Shown: positions 1 through 27,500, counted from the first letter of the stretch. The stretch: 64,000 nucleotides of DNA from Catajapyx aquilonaris (GCA_000934665.2 KZ538407.1:1-64000), one strand, 5' to 3'. Numbers and translations are program-made. The notes: generated from the letters alone by a model not told the origin.

Positions 1-82
1 AGAGAGAGGACAGTGTCAATAATTATTGTCTCATCCAGATGGTACAGTATATTACGTCGTATGTATATAGAATAATACTAAC

Positions 83-462
83 GTGGTCTCTTAGCTTGGC
101 CTTGAGGTCGGAGAGGATGGCCTCCCTGTTGTACTGGATGACCTCCATCTTGGACCCCAGGGTCTCCTTGGTCTGCTGGATGAACTGGGTGGTCTTCTCC
201 TCCCTCTTCCTGGAGGTGAGGTCGATCCTCTCCAGCTGGGCCTGCAGGGTGGCCAGCTTGGAGGCCTCCAGGGACACCCTCCGCTCCTCGGCCGCCTTCA
301 GCTTCTTCTCGATGTCCTCCACCGACTGCTGCTTCGGGGGGGAGGAGGACTTGGTGCTCCTGTAGGTCACGGGGCCAGGAGGGCTGTTCAGCACCGGCTC
401 GGACAGGATCACCTCGTACTTCAGCCCGCCCTTCGACTTCTCCTCGCACCTCACCTCAGTCA
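83..462 (-). CDS. stai: Stathmin-family protein, internal coding exon (gene continues beyond the window start)
   Basis: Translates VTEVRCEEKSKGGLKYEVILSEP...SVEDIEKKLKAAEERR...NREAILSDLKAKLRDH, a typical arthropod stathmin domain. Minus-strand acceptor ccatcag before 462 and donor gttagt after 83. Confidence 0.92.
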
Positions 463-770
463 CTGATGGAATATTGTTCAAAACATATACGCTATAAGTA
501 CACAGTATATACCATACACCCGCCATCACTATATTGATGGAGAGGGGTACAGGGTTCTGCGGGTACATCAATCAGGTGGAAATAAGCAGCGACAACACTT
601 GGACACAGCAATATAACAGACGAAAGCACAAACACACCGACCGACATAATCATTCTGCAGCAGGCGCGCCTTATTAAAATCATTGTTGTTGGTTTGGGCA
701 TGCTGCTTACACTAATCATTGTTGTTGCGGGTGGCACCTGCTGTACAGAGAGACAGAGAGAGGGACTCAC

Positions 771-888
771 CGTGAGGGAAGGGATTGGTGGCAATGGTGA
801 GGTGGCTCTTCTGCCCGAGGGAAGGGCTGGAAACGCTCCTTCGGCAAGGGAAGCACAGGGGCAGCTCCTGCCACCAATACACTGTCAT
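771..888 (-). CDS. Candidate upstream coding exon of stathmin (MTVYWWQELPLCFPCRR...NPFPH)
   Basis: Ends at a strong donor (CACG|gtgagt) in phase 1, matching the phase-1 start of the 83-462 exon. CxxC near the N-terminus resembles the palmitoylated N-termini of long stathmin isoforms. Start is uncertain (alternative acceptor at 867). Confidence 0.45.
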
Positions 889-3800
889 CCCCACCACCAC
901 CACCACCATCACCACAACAAGAGAGCAGCATTCCGGGAGAGATACACGCAATATTACATAATAATCGACACCATTTAGTGCAGCACCCATCGAGGCAAAA
1001 CACGCATAATTATGCCAAGATTGTGCCCATCACAGCAAGTAGTGTCGGGCTGCTTATTCCCGTTTTATTAACACTCAATGAGCACCCATACACGCGATAC
1101 GACGGGTCATCTCGCGGTACGTGTGCCACAATTTGTAACTCGCGCCACTTCCTTTCGCCTGGACATTCATTCCTATTACCAAGGAGAGTATGTGTGCTTT
1201 AACAATAAGCTCTTATTGTTAACGCACGCAATCACATACTGGCTACATTTTTCTTTTCAGCGGCAATGAACACTTGCTGATATGAGATTGAATGTACAGG
1301 CCCTGAACTGCAGCCCATCAGATAATGAGACTTGGTTACTGGCATGGCTACAGCAGTTAACACGTACAGTAGGCCTACATTGAAAATGGCAATTACGAGC
1401 GATGCTGACGCTATATATTTATAGCAACCAATCTACCGCAAGCTTCAGCACTTCTTCCAGCAATGCGACGAATTTCCGGACCCATTGTGATTCACTTCTG
1501 CGAGATAGACCATCTCATCACACAAGTATATGCTTGAAAGACGAATCTAATGTGCATATATTCTTCCCAACAAAGGGAGCTATACACTCGCCCACAATTA
1601 CGACATCTAGCCTACTTGAACGGGCACTGCCCCTAAACCATTCAACCTGACATTGTCGTAATGAAAGGTCGAATCACCTTCACAAAATAATTATAAAAAG
1701 CGTGCTGCAAAAGTGCGATTTTCCCAAGCCGGCGCGACAAGTAACCATCTCCAACAATGGAAGCACTGTTGTCCGTGGTGTAGCTATATACCCACAGCCA
1801 TGTCCGAAAGTGTTTTGTTTTTCGTTCATTTTTTCCCCCTGAGCTGCATTCAAAGAGTTGCTGTCCGCATGGCTTTAAGTTCAAAATGGTGCGAATAACC
1901 GGGATGAGACATCCGAAATGACCTCCCAAGTGACCCTAATTCGCGACGTGGAAGAATCAGACCTCCCCTCCACTCTTTGTTTATATACGCTTTCATTGTC
2001 GACCAACAAGGCGACTGCTGGACACGAGTCGAGAAAGGTAGCCAGGGAGACAGGGCCGTAATTATTATTATAACCAGCAGCAGCCTCGACATTAATTCGA
2101 CATGTTGCAGGCACAAATTCCGCCCAATGTGTTGGATACAGTGAGGCGAATTCCAGCATTTATAATACCGCGAGAGCGAGGGTTCAATGTACTTTTAACC
2201 CCCCATCCCCAATCCGCGCGGTCTCGTCTTTATCCTCATCAAAACCCAGAGACTGATGCAAATGTGATCCCACTGCATCCTACTAAGGCATTCCCCCTTT
2301 TCCAAGATTAAAAAGAAGGCGTCGGTGTATACAGACATGGGTATATAGGAGGAGGGGGTGAAGCACCTGCTTCTTCTCCTGAATCGTATAGTGTCTGGTG
2401 TGGATGAGTCATCCCGAATCAATAGTCGCACGCACCTGGCGACAGGCAGGCTGGCTCCTGCTATCTCTACCTTATTCCTATACGAATTTCTGGTGGTCCT
2501 ACCTGAACGGGTAACCACAGGTCCTTCCATTTCTTTAGGTTTCCTCCTTTGCTTACTCCTCGGGGCGTCAAGTGGATGAAAGAGACGACAACTGCTTGTC
2601 TGATGGGTCTGTAATGAATGAAAGAAGACTCTTAGAGAGGCTGTTGGTGGGGGCCCACACAACACGCTTCTTCTTCTTCTTCTCTCTGTATCTTTGGCGG
2701 CCTGGCTTGGCAAACCAATGAGGAGCCGGCCTTATTGATCTGGGTGCAACAGCTCAGGGGGAAAAGCCCACCGCTGCGCTGCCACCACCACCACCACCAT
2801 CATACCCAACCCCATACCCCACCCACCCTCAGACTGTCTGGAGTCTGCGAAAAAAAAAAAAAAACCCTCGAACTTGGATCTGGAGGAAATGTCCAATACC
2901 CCCCCTCAAAAAAAAAGAGAGAGTGAAAGACTCACCTGTCTAGCAAGCTGATCAAGTCAGATCTGTGGCTGTACCCCATACCCAACCTTCCTTTTATATA
3001 CCCAACCCAATTGTCCAACGGCTCCAACGGTCGAACACCCACACCATCCGACTCATCATCTTTTGCAACGGACCCTATTTTTTTGTGTGTACAACCTTCC
3101 AACGATCTTGGGATTCGCAACATTTCAAAGCTCAGTACTGTACTCGTGGGGGATGTGCTCGAGTAATAATTAAATTTTGCTCTAAAAAAAAAAGGGAAGC
3201 AGTATGTGACATGCTAGCGTGACTCCCAAACCACCCGAGAGAGCTATCAGAGTCTAGCCATTTAAAACTAGAGTCACGCCAGACACGAAATAATCGGCGA
3301 ATTTGTAACTGAAGAAAATACAGGGTGTCCCCGCTGCCTACCAACACACATTGTTGTAGTACATGGTTGCTGTGGTTACACAATGTTCTACAACAATGTA
3401 ATAGGAAAACCCCAGACTTGTGGGGGGCACCCTGTACTTCTCCGTACAGTACAAAAAGCCATGCGAGCACCGCAAATACTATTGCGCGTTGTGTAGTGAT
3501 GACGTGTGCTTATTCCCTGGCCAGGAAAATAACAATGACAGGTAAAGTGCGTAACTCACGTCTAATCGCTTCGGAATCCACGGCCAGAATGGACAACTTT
3601 GTCAACAAAAGATATTCCGAAGAATGAAACTGTAAACAGCACTGTTGTCAACAACACACGTTTTCGTAGCTAAGCAAGACGTTGACAATAGCAACAGTCA
3701 ACAACAATGCTGCCAATGGGCGTACCTTCAATAATAATTACTCTGTACTCTGAAAGGTGCACCCGAATAAGGGTCGTTAAATGCCGGAGGATTATTATTG

Positions 3801-4782
3801 GGGGTATTGTTCCCTGATGAAGACGACCGTTGGACCGCGTGTTCGCCCACGTACCGGATGGGCCCCCAGGAAGCCTGTCCGCCCATACAATGCAGGCCAC
3901 AACGCAACGGTCAGATTGTTACACCCAGCAACCCGGAGTTGGGTACAGGGTGTGGCAGAAAGTACTCACCCTCACTGCTGGCTGTGTGGTTGCCGGCTTC
4001 TGTGTGTGAGAGAGCGAAAGAGGAGGGAGGGATGACGGCGGTGCAGCAGACCCCACGACGCCGACGACGCCGGCGCTTCCGTCACCCGCCCCGCCCAGGC
4101 GCCGTAGCCAGATCCATAACCAAAACCCTCACACATACATCTACCCCCCCCCAAAAAAGAAGCCGGCAACAATTCGAAAATGTCGCTCCTTCGGGCATTA
4201 TTGATGTCATCTTTCCGTTCCTAATAGGCTTATTCTCTCCGTCGGATGTTTGTCCAACCTGATAGTACCACTATTTCTCGCACGACCTGAGAGTGGCACG
4301 GAATAGTACTGGGTGGTAAAGCCAGCTAATTCTTTGTCGCTGCCATACTGATTATAAGTTTCCGCCAAATTTTGGCAACGTGTTCACTATAGTTTGATTG
4401 TCATCTCGAAACACATTGCCAGCCGTATTGTTGGTTGCGGATTCGACAGGATGCTGCAGCTGGACCGTTTATAATTCTTCAAGGCTACATGTGTACAGTA
4501 CAGTACATGATCTGGGCGCCGGTGTGTGACGAAACCAGGGATGACTCAGTGGGACTGTAGGTCCCAAGTTGAAGAATCGTAAGTGTGAGCTAGAGGGCTT
4601 ACCCCCCCCTACATTTCCCCCCCACACCCACCCACAGCATCCTCCACCCACCCACGACCAGCGCAACTTCTTCCCCCCTCTAATTACACAATACCATCAG
4701 AGCATGACCTTGCTCCTACAAACCGAGGACACAACTTTTCCCACCCACTCACTACAATACGACCTGGCACACACAAAAAAAA

Positions 4783-4890
4783 NNNNNNNNNNNNNNNNNN
4801 NNNNNNNNNNNNNNNNNNNNNNNNNNNNNNNNNNNNNNNNNNNNNNNNNNNNNNNNNNNNNNNNNNNNNNNNNNNNNNNNNNNNNNNNNN
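4783..4890. other. Assembly gap (108 N)
   Basis: Run of n characters. Confidence 1.
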
Positions 4891-5399
4891 GGGGGGGAAA
4901 CAAACAAAAACAAGAGGAGATAACACTTGGCTCAATCCTTTGGCGCAACAACGCAGCACAAGGTCGACTGCATTTTGTTCGGCTCCTCTTGTTGGCCAAT
5001 GTAACCGAATTATTACAGCACAGCGTCTTACAGCGCAAAGCACATGTACGTCATTGAGTCAACATTACAAATCGTCTTTATTTTTTTAAATGAATTTTGG
5101 TGTCATTTGTTCGAAGAAATACTCGTTAGTTTATATGAGCTATGATCGATCAAATATCATATTAATTAGACGGTATCGTACTGCCCTCTGACGTCACTGT
5201 GGCTGAACAGATCGGTTGCAGAGGCAGGAACGCACCCGGGTTTGTTTTGCCATTGAAATCGAACCCGATTGTTACTTTCGTCCCAACCACACATGTTTGC
5301 ACGCCATTAGCTGTGGGGACATGGCTAACACAACTTTTCAAACTAGTTTCAAAATAGTTTATATGAGGATAAACTATAGTTTATCCTCATATAAACTAT

Positions 5400-5618
5400 G
5401 GGCCGAATTCAGAGAGGTTGCTTAACGTAAACGCGCTCGATTAAATCCTTTAGTCATCCTCGATTAGCAAATTTAATCAACCTGCTAATACAAAGACGGC
5501 GATTAGCGCTAAACGCCCCCTAATCGCACTTGCTAGCACTTTTAAATTTGCTAATCGAGGATGACTAAAGGATTTAATCGGGCGCGTTTACGTTAAGCAA
5601 CCTCTCTGAATTCGGCCC
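5400..5618. mobile_element. MITE family A (long TIRs starting GGGCCGAATTCAGAGAGG; PIF/Harbinger-like)
   Basis: About 75-bp inverted termini, no ORF. Near-identical full copy at 7111-7330 and an inverted partial copy at 5669-5812. Confidence 0.85.
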
Positions 5619-5668
5619 TATGCTAACCTAACCTAACCTACCCTACCCTAACTCACCTAGGCTGAGAT

Positions 5669-5812
5669 AAAAGTGCTAGCAAGTGCGATTAGGGGTCGTT
5701 TAGCGCTAATCGCCGTCTTTGTATTAGCAGGTTGATTAAATTTGCTAATCGAGGCTGACTAAAAGATTTAATCGGGCGCGTTTACGTTAAGCAACCTCTC
5801 TGAATTCGGCCC
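5669..5812. mobile_element. MITE family A, partial inverted copy
   Basis: Reverse complement of the first ~145 bp of the 5400 element. Confidence 0.8.
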
Positions 5813-7110
5813 CTCTTAAAGAGACCCAGTTGTGGGGTCATGTCCCCACTATATGTATGTACCCAACCGGTGAAATCAATTGTGGGGACAAGAAATGTCC
5901 CCACAGTTACAGTAAAAAGTCCCATTTCCGTCCCCAGCAGAGCTAATTGAAGACCCGTGGGTTCATCGCTGATCAAATTGCTCATAATATGTAAACGCAG
6001 CATGACGTCATCCGCAATAGGCAGGAGTGGGAATGCGCCTTTTAGGACACGCCCTCTTTCTCCCCCGCCAATTTGAGTGACTTTTAAACCCGCGAACGGA
6101 TCGCCATTTTCGGAAATGCAGATACCGCGGTATGTTCATGAAGTAATGTCCGTGGTGGTGGTGGTGTTACAGGCATACCGGAGACCCAAATGAGCCGGGC
6201 AGGATCGGATATGTGCAGGCCAGGCAGGCGTCGGGGAATGAACATAAGTCGGCGTCGCTCTATTTATAGCACGTAGGTAATAGTGGCCAGCACAGCACAC
6301 AAACTGGTCAAGAAGACTCTGCCCATTTCCTCCCTTGAACACAATGAGACGCAGCTTCCCTGAAGAAAAAAAAGGGAGTGTGACAAATCGATGGAATTCC
6401 AGACAGAGGTCAAGGGGGTTAGTGCCCCAATAACTGTAGGGGTGGGTCCAAATCCGGCAGACAGCTGGGCTGCATTGCGGCGCAGAATTACAGACAAAAA
6501 AAAGTGTGATATCTTTTTCGGACAACACCATAGAAGAGGGGGGACGTCCCCTCGAGGGTTATACCTTCCAGCATCGATCTCTGGACCACCCCCAAGCAAC
6601 CTTCAACCCACCCACCCCAAAAGCCAGATTCATCCCCAGCAGCCAGGAGGAGACCATCCCTATCCCCACTATTATATCCCTATCCTGCCAGCCTCCCAGC
6701 CAGGACTCTACTGGGTGTCTATTTCCAGCCCGCATATTTTTTCCACGCCGCTCGACCCAGCGAACTAGCCAGGAGAGGAGGAGGGGGAAGACACACACAC
6801 ACACATACGATGCCAACCACGCCCCAGCATCCCAAAGAGACACACACACGCACATTCGCTCAGGATCCGGACCCAACAGCATCATCCCTCAAAAGAAAAC
6901 GCGGGTTCTTCCCACAGGAATTATTGATAAAAGAAATCTGTGGCACAGTGTAGCAGATTTTTTTTTTTAAACATTAAAAAAACATGTAAATTTTTGGGTA
7001 TTTTGACCCCCCTCAAACGGACTTTTGCCTGAAGACGTCACTGTGTCAGCACTATCAGAACTCCGGAAGTGGGTTAGGTAGCCAGGACATAAAATCCAAC
7101 AAACTTTCTG

Positions 7111-7330
7111 GGGCCGAATTCAGAGAGGTTGCTTAACGTAAACGCGCCCGATTAAATCCTTTAGTCATCCTCGATTAGCAAATTTAATCAACCTGCTAAT
7201 ACAAAGACGGCGATTAGCGCTAAACGCCCCCTAATCGCACTTGCTAGCACTTTTAAATTTGCTAATCGAGGATGACTGAAGGATTTAATCGGGCGCGTTT
7301 ACGTTAAGCAACCTCTCTGAATTCGGGCCC
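7111..7330. mobile_element. MITE family A, full copy
   Basis: Near-identical to 5400-5618. Confidence 0.85.
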
Positions 7331-8297
7331 TGCTTTATAATACGTACGGTGCTGGACATTAATGGTGTCGTACTGGTGGCGCCACGAGCTGATAGATGCA
7401 AAAGAACGAATCTTGCCTTCACTGGGTTTTTTTCTAGGCCTGCGGTTCGAGAAACACTAGTTCCCTCGTTCTGTAATGAAGGCGGTCATACACGGAGGGT
7501 AAAATTTCGATTCGCTCTTTTGCCCGCCAACTGCTTGTGGCGCTACCAGTACGACAACATTAATGCCCAACACTGTTTCGTGTACATATTATAAATCCCA
7601 AAGTTGGTTGGTATGTCTGTCACAAGCTACTGAGAGGGATGAAACTGCCCCTGTGACCATGTGTGCAAACCTCGGTCCATGAGAGGCTGGAGTGTTGCCT
7701 ACTGGCCAGGATAGGCCGGATTACATAACAGTTGCCATGGTTCCGTTGTTGCCATGCTCTAGTGATGATGCGATATCCGATCCGCCGGAATTCGACTAAC
7801 GTTAAACAGCGTGATATTCATGCTGGAGGGGTCGTTTATGTCAACGTTCTTGTTAGGGTAACACGATCCGGGTTTTCCTGCTGGCGTCGTCGACGTCGTC
7901 TGGTTGCTGGAGTAAACAAATCAACTTCTGGGAACGTTTTGTAGACCGAGCAACACGATTCGGGAGGGAGAGAGAGAGAGGAGGCCGTCTCGTGGCGCGA
8001 ATAGCGGCGGGCGTCGGCGGGCGTCGCTGGCGTCTCCCTCCCTCCCTCCACCACCCGTCGACGCCTCCTCCTCCTCCTCCTCCTCCTCTCCTGTGCTTAT
8101 TCCGTCCTCCCCTCTGGCGGACAGAGTGAGCCTATCCGTCCTGGGAGAGTGAGAGAGTCGAGCTGGAGAGTGAGCGGAGGGCGGCCGGCCTCTGCCTGGC
8201 CAGCCACCATCGTCTCACGGAGAGCAGCAGCAGCAGCAACGACGACGCCCGCCGCCGCCGCCGCCACCGCATATCGTACACACAACATTTAAGTTAG

Positions 8298-21257
<12,960 letters not shown>

Positions 21258-21563
21258 TGACGTAGGGGGCGCCGCCTCATTTCCCGCCAGACCCCCTTCC
21301 CCACCCGTTGCGGCGCCCCCCACCCCCCTTTTTATCCCCCCATGTACATGCGACTCCTCCTCCATTTGCACCCCTTTCCATACTACGACACCACAAGTGT
21401 TTACCAACCAAACTTGCCGTCACCCCCTGGTTTGTCGACGCAACATGCCCGTTTACTCTTTTCTTCACTCGCTTTTTATTTCGCTCTTCTCTCCTCAAAT
21501 CCCCTCTCTCGTTAGTTTCCTTTTTCCGAAACAACAAATTAGTTTTTTTAAAAGAAAAGACGG

Positions 21564-24500
21564 CTACTCCGAGAGCTGGCAAAGGAGCGCGACTCCGCGC
21601 ATGATCCAGTGGTACTGTTCCTCGCTTGAAGGGATCATCATGGCGATCACAAAGTTGGTCGAGTGACCAGTGGTGGACAGAGTTCCCCTTCTCTCGGCCG
21701 TCTTGTACACTGGACACAGGTAGGTCGACTCCGTGTTGAGCTTTTTACGCTCAATGGGTACGATCCAAATCTGCGGAAAAGGGATGATAAAAAACACTTG
21801 GGAGCATTCTTATTACTACTATATTGACCTTAAAATAATTTATATATATAATATATAATATATCGATGAGACTCAAAATGTCGATGCGACGAACCACAGG
21901 TAGTCTATGCAAACTTTACAGGCGAGGCAGGCTTTTGAAAATACCAAACGGATCACTAAATCTTTTTTCGCACTGTGATATTCTGGGGCTCTCGTATTTT
22001 TGTTTTTAATAAAAAAAATCATCGTTACTCTTAGGATTGTAGTCGATCGGCCTGTTTCATAGTATCTCCTACTAATAGACGACGTCAATTGCTGGTTTGT
22101 TTATCTCACGTTGTACGAAGGTGCCTGAAAGTTGTAGCAATGAACGTTACTTTGTGCCACTTGCGATTGTCAATTACCCGTACGACTACTCCCTCGTTCA
22201 ATTCCTAAGAAAAAAAATTAACATTTCATACTGAATCCGAATCGCAACGTTAGGCGACCTATTTAATTAAAATTCCAAGTTAGCGGAAACGTTCCAACAA
22301 ACATAACGAGCAGGAGCGTCGTATCGATATTAATTTCCCTCCCGCTTACTTCGGCGCAACTTCGAGACCAAGTCCTTATAACGAGATACATACAAGTGCC
22401 AACAATACATTGCGGTTTTTTTCTTACACAACAATGAAACGCCAAGTAGATAATAATACCTTCTCTTTTTTACGGGAACTTTTTACGGGAGCCCTTTGCA
22501 GAAAAAAATAGTGCCATATTTTGAGGAATGCGGGTGTCGTTACAAATGCGCTGCGCTTGTAGCGGAGGAACAGAGAGTGATGCCTCGTAAATTATTATCC
22601 ACACGTTACCAGGTGTATATTGTTGTAGATTATGTCTTTAAAAAAGAAGAAGGAGAAATCTGTGATACATATCAAATTACTATCTTAAAAATAATTTAAA
22701 AAACGCGAGCATTGTTACGGTGTGAACGGTCACTTCCCTTCCCCCTCACCGAGAGTAGGACACGTTAGGTAATAATTATTTAAACCAGTAAGAAACCAGC
22801 AATAATGTGCACCTATTTTGATATTAATCTTAAAAATGCTGTTACAAGAAGTAGCGGAGGCTCCCAAAACGTAGTTTGCAGCGTCATAGCCACTTCATTT
22901 TCCCCCTTTTTTTCTTCCGAGAGTTCTCTCTTAATTAATAATAAAAGAATGCCGTAATTTTTTTTCCGTAGAACTTGTTAAAGAGCGGTTCTACGCAATA
23001 GCAGGAATGGAGAAAATAAAATTTGTAAAAACATATACGTAGCGTCCACACACGTCATTTCACGGCCCTTCCCACTTTTGCACTAGCGAGGTTGCTTACC
23101 ACGGGCATGGGGTCGTAGAGGACCTTCGGATAGGACTCCCCCAGGACCCAGGCGTCGTGGTCCCAACGAGCCCCTTCCAGGAAGAGACCCTCGACGTAAA
23201 CGCCGTCCTCGGGCGGGACGGTGAAGTCGTCCCCCTCCATCACGTTGTACTCGAAGACCAGCAGGTCGATTGGGATGCGGAACTTGCGGGCAAAGTTCTG
23301 CTGGGCGCCGGTCAGGAACGCCTGGGTGAAGTAGAACCCGGAGAGCCAGAAGATGGAGGGCGGGCCGGTCTCGAACCAGCTCTGGAGGAACTCCAGGCGG
23401 CGGATGAAGTCGTTGACGTACGACCCGAGCGGCTTGAGGGACGGGTAGGACTTGGACATCCACATCCGGGGGACCTTCCCGGTCATGATGCTCTTGACCA
23501 CCAGCTCCAGGTCGGCCGACATGACCAGCAGGCCCTTGACCGCCTTCTGCACGTTCATCAGGCTGGCGCGGATGGCAGAGAGCAGGTTGTTGAAGCGGCC
23601 CATCTCCTGAACCAGCACCGTGTTCATCGACTGGTTGTACTGCGTCGGGTACTTCTCCTGGGCCAGGTCCACGTCGAAGTTCTTGGGCAGCTTCGACAGG
23701 ATGTCCGTGGCCACGGCCATCAGAGCCTCGTCCGACGACTGGCCGCCTCCGCCGCCGCCAGCCACGCCAGACTACCACACGGAAAAGGGAAGCGTTACGC
23801 TCGCAGGTACCACACCGTTATCGATTGTAATACCTGCGTGAGAAGGAGGCTGTTGAACAGGTTCAGGGTCTCCTGCTGGTCCTTGGCAATGTCGGCGTTC
23901 GCGTTCATCCCGAACACCTCCGGGTGCGTACTGAGCGGCAGGGAGCGGGTGTACTCCAAGTACGACTGGTACTCGCCTTCCGGCGGCGCGTAGTAAATAC
24001 CGGCCGAATCGAAGCAGAAGTCCTCGTCCTCGACGATATCCGCGCAGTAGTACTGCGCCAAGACGGTGGTCAGCGTCCGCCTGTCCCAGTCGTCCGTCAC
24101 ACGCCCGCCGTAGTTGCACTCGCCAGTCAAATACCGGATGGCGTCGTACGGAACCTCCTGAAACGCAAATCATGAAGCACTCGCAAACACAGAGATCATC
24201 CGACCGACCTCGTATTCGTCGATGAACATCCTGAGCTGCTGGACGGATATGCGCAAATCGGTCTCGTTGAACTCGTACGGAATGTTCCATCCGAGCGGAC
24301 CGAACTTCCGCCTCTCCTGCACCAGCGCGTGGAAGAAGCACAGTCCGAACAGCAGCTTCTTGAAGGCGTGCGGGTTCTTGGAGCCGTTGAAGAACTCCGG
24401 GTCGGACGAGGGGTCGCTCAGGTAGGACCTCTGCAGGTTGGCCTTCAGGCCCTTCGGAGGCTCGTTGGTCATCTTGACCCCGTTCTGCAGGACGGACACT

Positions 24501-27500
24501 GGGAAGTGGTCCGCAGGGTAGGAGGTCAGCCACATGCGGAAGTCCGGGTGGGTGGTGTCCGGGACCAGGTCCTCGCACACCTTCTCCAGGCTGGGCATCC
24601 AGCTCTTGGCAAGGTGGCAGTTTTGGAGGACGACCCAGGTGCCGCCACGGACTCCCTCCTCGATCAGACGGACGGCAATGGGCCCCTGCCCCTGCCCCAG
24701 AGACAGCGACTGGAGCTTATGCCCGCCGAAGCCCTGGTCGTCCGCAAACTTGAGCAGAACGGCCGTCGGGTCGGCACCAGGCGTCAGAATGAATATCAAG
24801 GGCGCGCAGCAGTGCGAGTCGGCGAAGCACTTTCCCAGGTCGAAGGGCGGCGCTTCGATGAACTCCTTCCCCATGACGTCGGCCACAAAGTCCTGCACGG
24901 CCGGCACCATCTTGTCCGGACGCAGGCAGCGCAGCACGCACAGCTGCTGCAGGCCGCTCAGCTTGGTCCTCCACGGATCCGGCATCTTCTGCTGATGCGG
25001 CTCCGTGCTGTCGTATATGGCCTTCCACTCCTTCTCAAGCGGCTTTATGGTCTGGCGCAGGTCCTGCAAGAAGCGAATTAGTTCCGCAATTTAGACGCAA
25101 TCGGCTCGTACTCACCTTGAACGGAGGCAGGTCGGACAGCCGACATAGTTCGTCCCACGCTTTCGGAGGCAGCCACTGGGTCGGATTGGGGTTCGGATTG
25201 TCCAGCCCGACTCCGCCGGTCAGGAGGAACGTCCAGTCGTCGTTGTCGATTTGTCCCTTGGCCTTCATCAGGTTGACGCACAGAAGGCAGGAGAACAGGA
25301 GCTTGTCCTTCTCGAACAGGGAGCGGCACACGTTGACGTACAGCGAGTAGGTGAAGTGCGTGCGGAGGTTCTCCAGCCGCTGGTTCAGCATCTCGCTGGC
25401 CTCCGCGTTCTCCACGCTCATCAGGTACAACCCTACGAACCACGTTAGGGAGTACTGGTACATTGGGTCGATGGCCGCCAGGTCCGCGATCACAAAGAAC
25501 AGCACCGCGGAATGCTCAGCGATGGGCCTGTACTCCAGCCGCTTCTCCGTTATCTTGATCGTGGTCACTTCGGCCACGGCCTGCTTCTCGGCGATCTCGT
25601 TCGCAAGCACCTTGGACGAGCTCAGCACGTTGATCCCCGTCTCGTCCTCCAGGATGTTGCCTTCCGACGAGGACAGCACCATCAGGATCTTATCCTCAAT
25701 CTCCTTCAGGCATCTGAAAGGCAAACACATTGTACGCTGCGCCATAGGGACGACTAAGGGCCATACCGTTTGTTCTCGGCGCTCTGGACGATCAGCATCT
25801 GTCGCTCCTCTTCTAGCTCCGGGCTCTCCTTCGCCACGACCAACCCAAGCAGCTGCTCCTCCAGGCCGACCAGGGTGATCATGAAGTTGACCAGCGTGAC
25901 TTTCACCGCCGTTTCAGGAAGGTAATGCGGGTTACGCAGCTTGGTCGTGATGTACATTCTGTGGAATTGAAACGAGACGGTTCGTGGCTCGGGCAACGAT
26001 TGCGGGACTGACCTGAAGTCGGGCGAATACTCCAGGATGGAGTCGCCCAGCTTGATGCAGAGAGCGCCCCCCTGCTTGAAGGTCTGCCGCATCAGGATGG
26101 GCTCCAGCATGGGGTCCAGCTCCTCCCCGACGTTCTCCAGCAGGAGCGGCTGGCCGAACTGGATGGCGTTCTCCATCTTCCGCACAAAGTCGTTGTCCGT
26201 CAGCTTGGTCACGTTCAGCTGGTTCTTCTTCTCCATGTTCTTCAGCCACTTGTTGGCCTGCCCCTGCGGATCCATCAGCAACGGCCACCGCCTCGCATTC
26301 CTACAACGGAGATAATTATTTCATGCACCTTACAATGCGACTGTGATACGTACACCATGATTATCCCGTTGTCGATGGAGAAGGCGTCGGCCGGCAGCCC
26401 GTTGATGTTCCACTCCCGGATGACGATGGGGTTCCCGAGCGCGTTGTTCAGGTCGAAGTCCTCCGAGCAGGGTATGCCCAGCGCCCTGCACCGCTTCAGC
26501 CACAGGTTGATCTGCGTCTCGCGGTACTGCTGCGTGAAGGCGCCCAGGTAGGCCACGATCCCGGACGACACCAGCATGTCCCCGGTGATGTTGACGTAGG
26601 ACTCCCCCAGCAGCCTGGCGCTGTTGCTCCAGCGGTCCTTCTCGCCGCCCAGCCCCCCGATGAGCTTCTCCGCCCTGTCCAGCTTCTTCCCGCAGAGGTC
26701 CACGTCGGCCTGGAGGGACTCCTTCTGGCTGCGGTCGCTCTCCAGCTTCCGCTCCAGGGCGCCCAGCTTCTCCTGGACCTCTCTCAGCGCCTCCCTCTTC
26801 TTGTTGAGCGCCTCCATGGCCAGCGCCAGCTCCCCCTCCGCCTTGTTCATGGCCTCCTTCTTGGGCGCCACCACCTTGGCCACCACGTCGTACTTGTCCA
26901 TGGCCCGCACCCACTTGCAGAGTCCCTCGCAGGCCGTGGACGCAAGCTTGATCTTATCCGGGTCGAAGTCCGGGTTGGTGATGTACTTGTCCCGGATCAC
27001 CTTCATGAACTTGGGGTTGATGTTGTCCCTGTCGTACGTCTGGAGCAGCTCCAGGAACCGCATGTCTCCCAGCAGCCGCTTCGAGGGACCCCAGTAGTCC
27101 TCCACCATCTTCCCGGAGCCGCTTGGATCCGGGATTCGGTCCGGCTTGGCGCCTCGCAGGATGCAGATGCTCTCCATCACCAGCTTGACTCCCGCTGGCG
27201 GGTTCTTCATGGTCTTCACGATCCCGATGTCGGCCTGCGTCAGGGTGTTGAGGGCGGACAAGGCCATGTTGAGGATGGGCATGGCTTCGGCTAGGTCCGC
27301 GTCGCACTCGTCCTTCATCCCCTGCGCGACGCGGGCCTGCTCGTTGGCCACCTCCTCGTCCTTCTTCACCACCTTCTCGTACTCCGCCACCTCCAGCGAC
27401 TCCCGCTCAACGGTCGCCATGGACTCGGCCACCTTCTTCCCCGCTATGACCAGCAGCGGACGCTTCTGGGTCAGCTCCTCCTGCATGACGGCCACCTGGC

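Noticed and set aside
2195..2990. Possible extra stathmin exons (donor near 2935; 172-aa ORF)
   Set aside because: Phases do not join cleanly to the confirmed exon and the peptides are unrecognisable.
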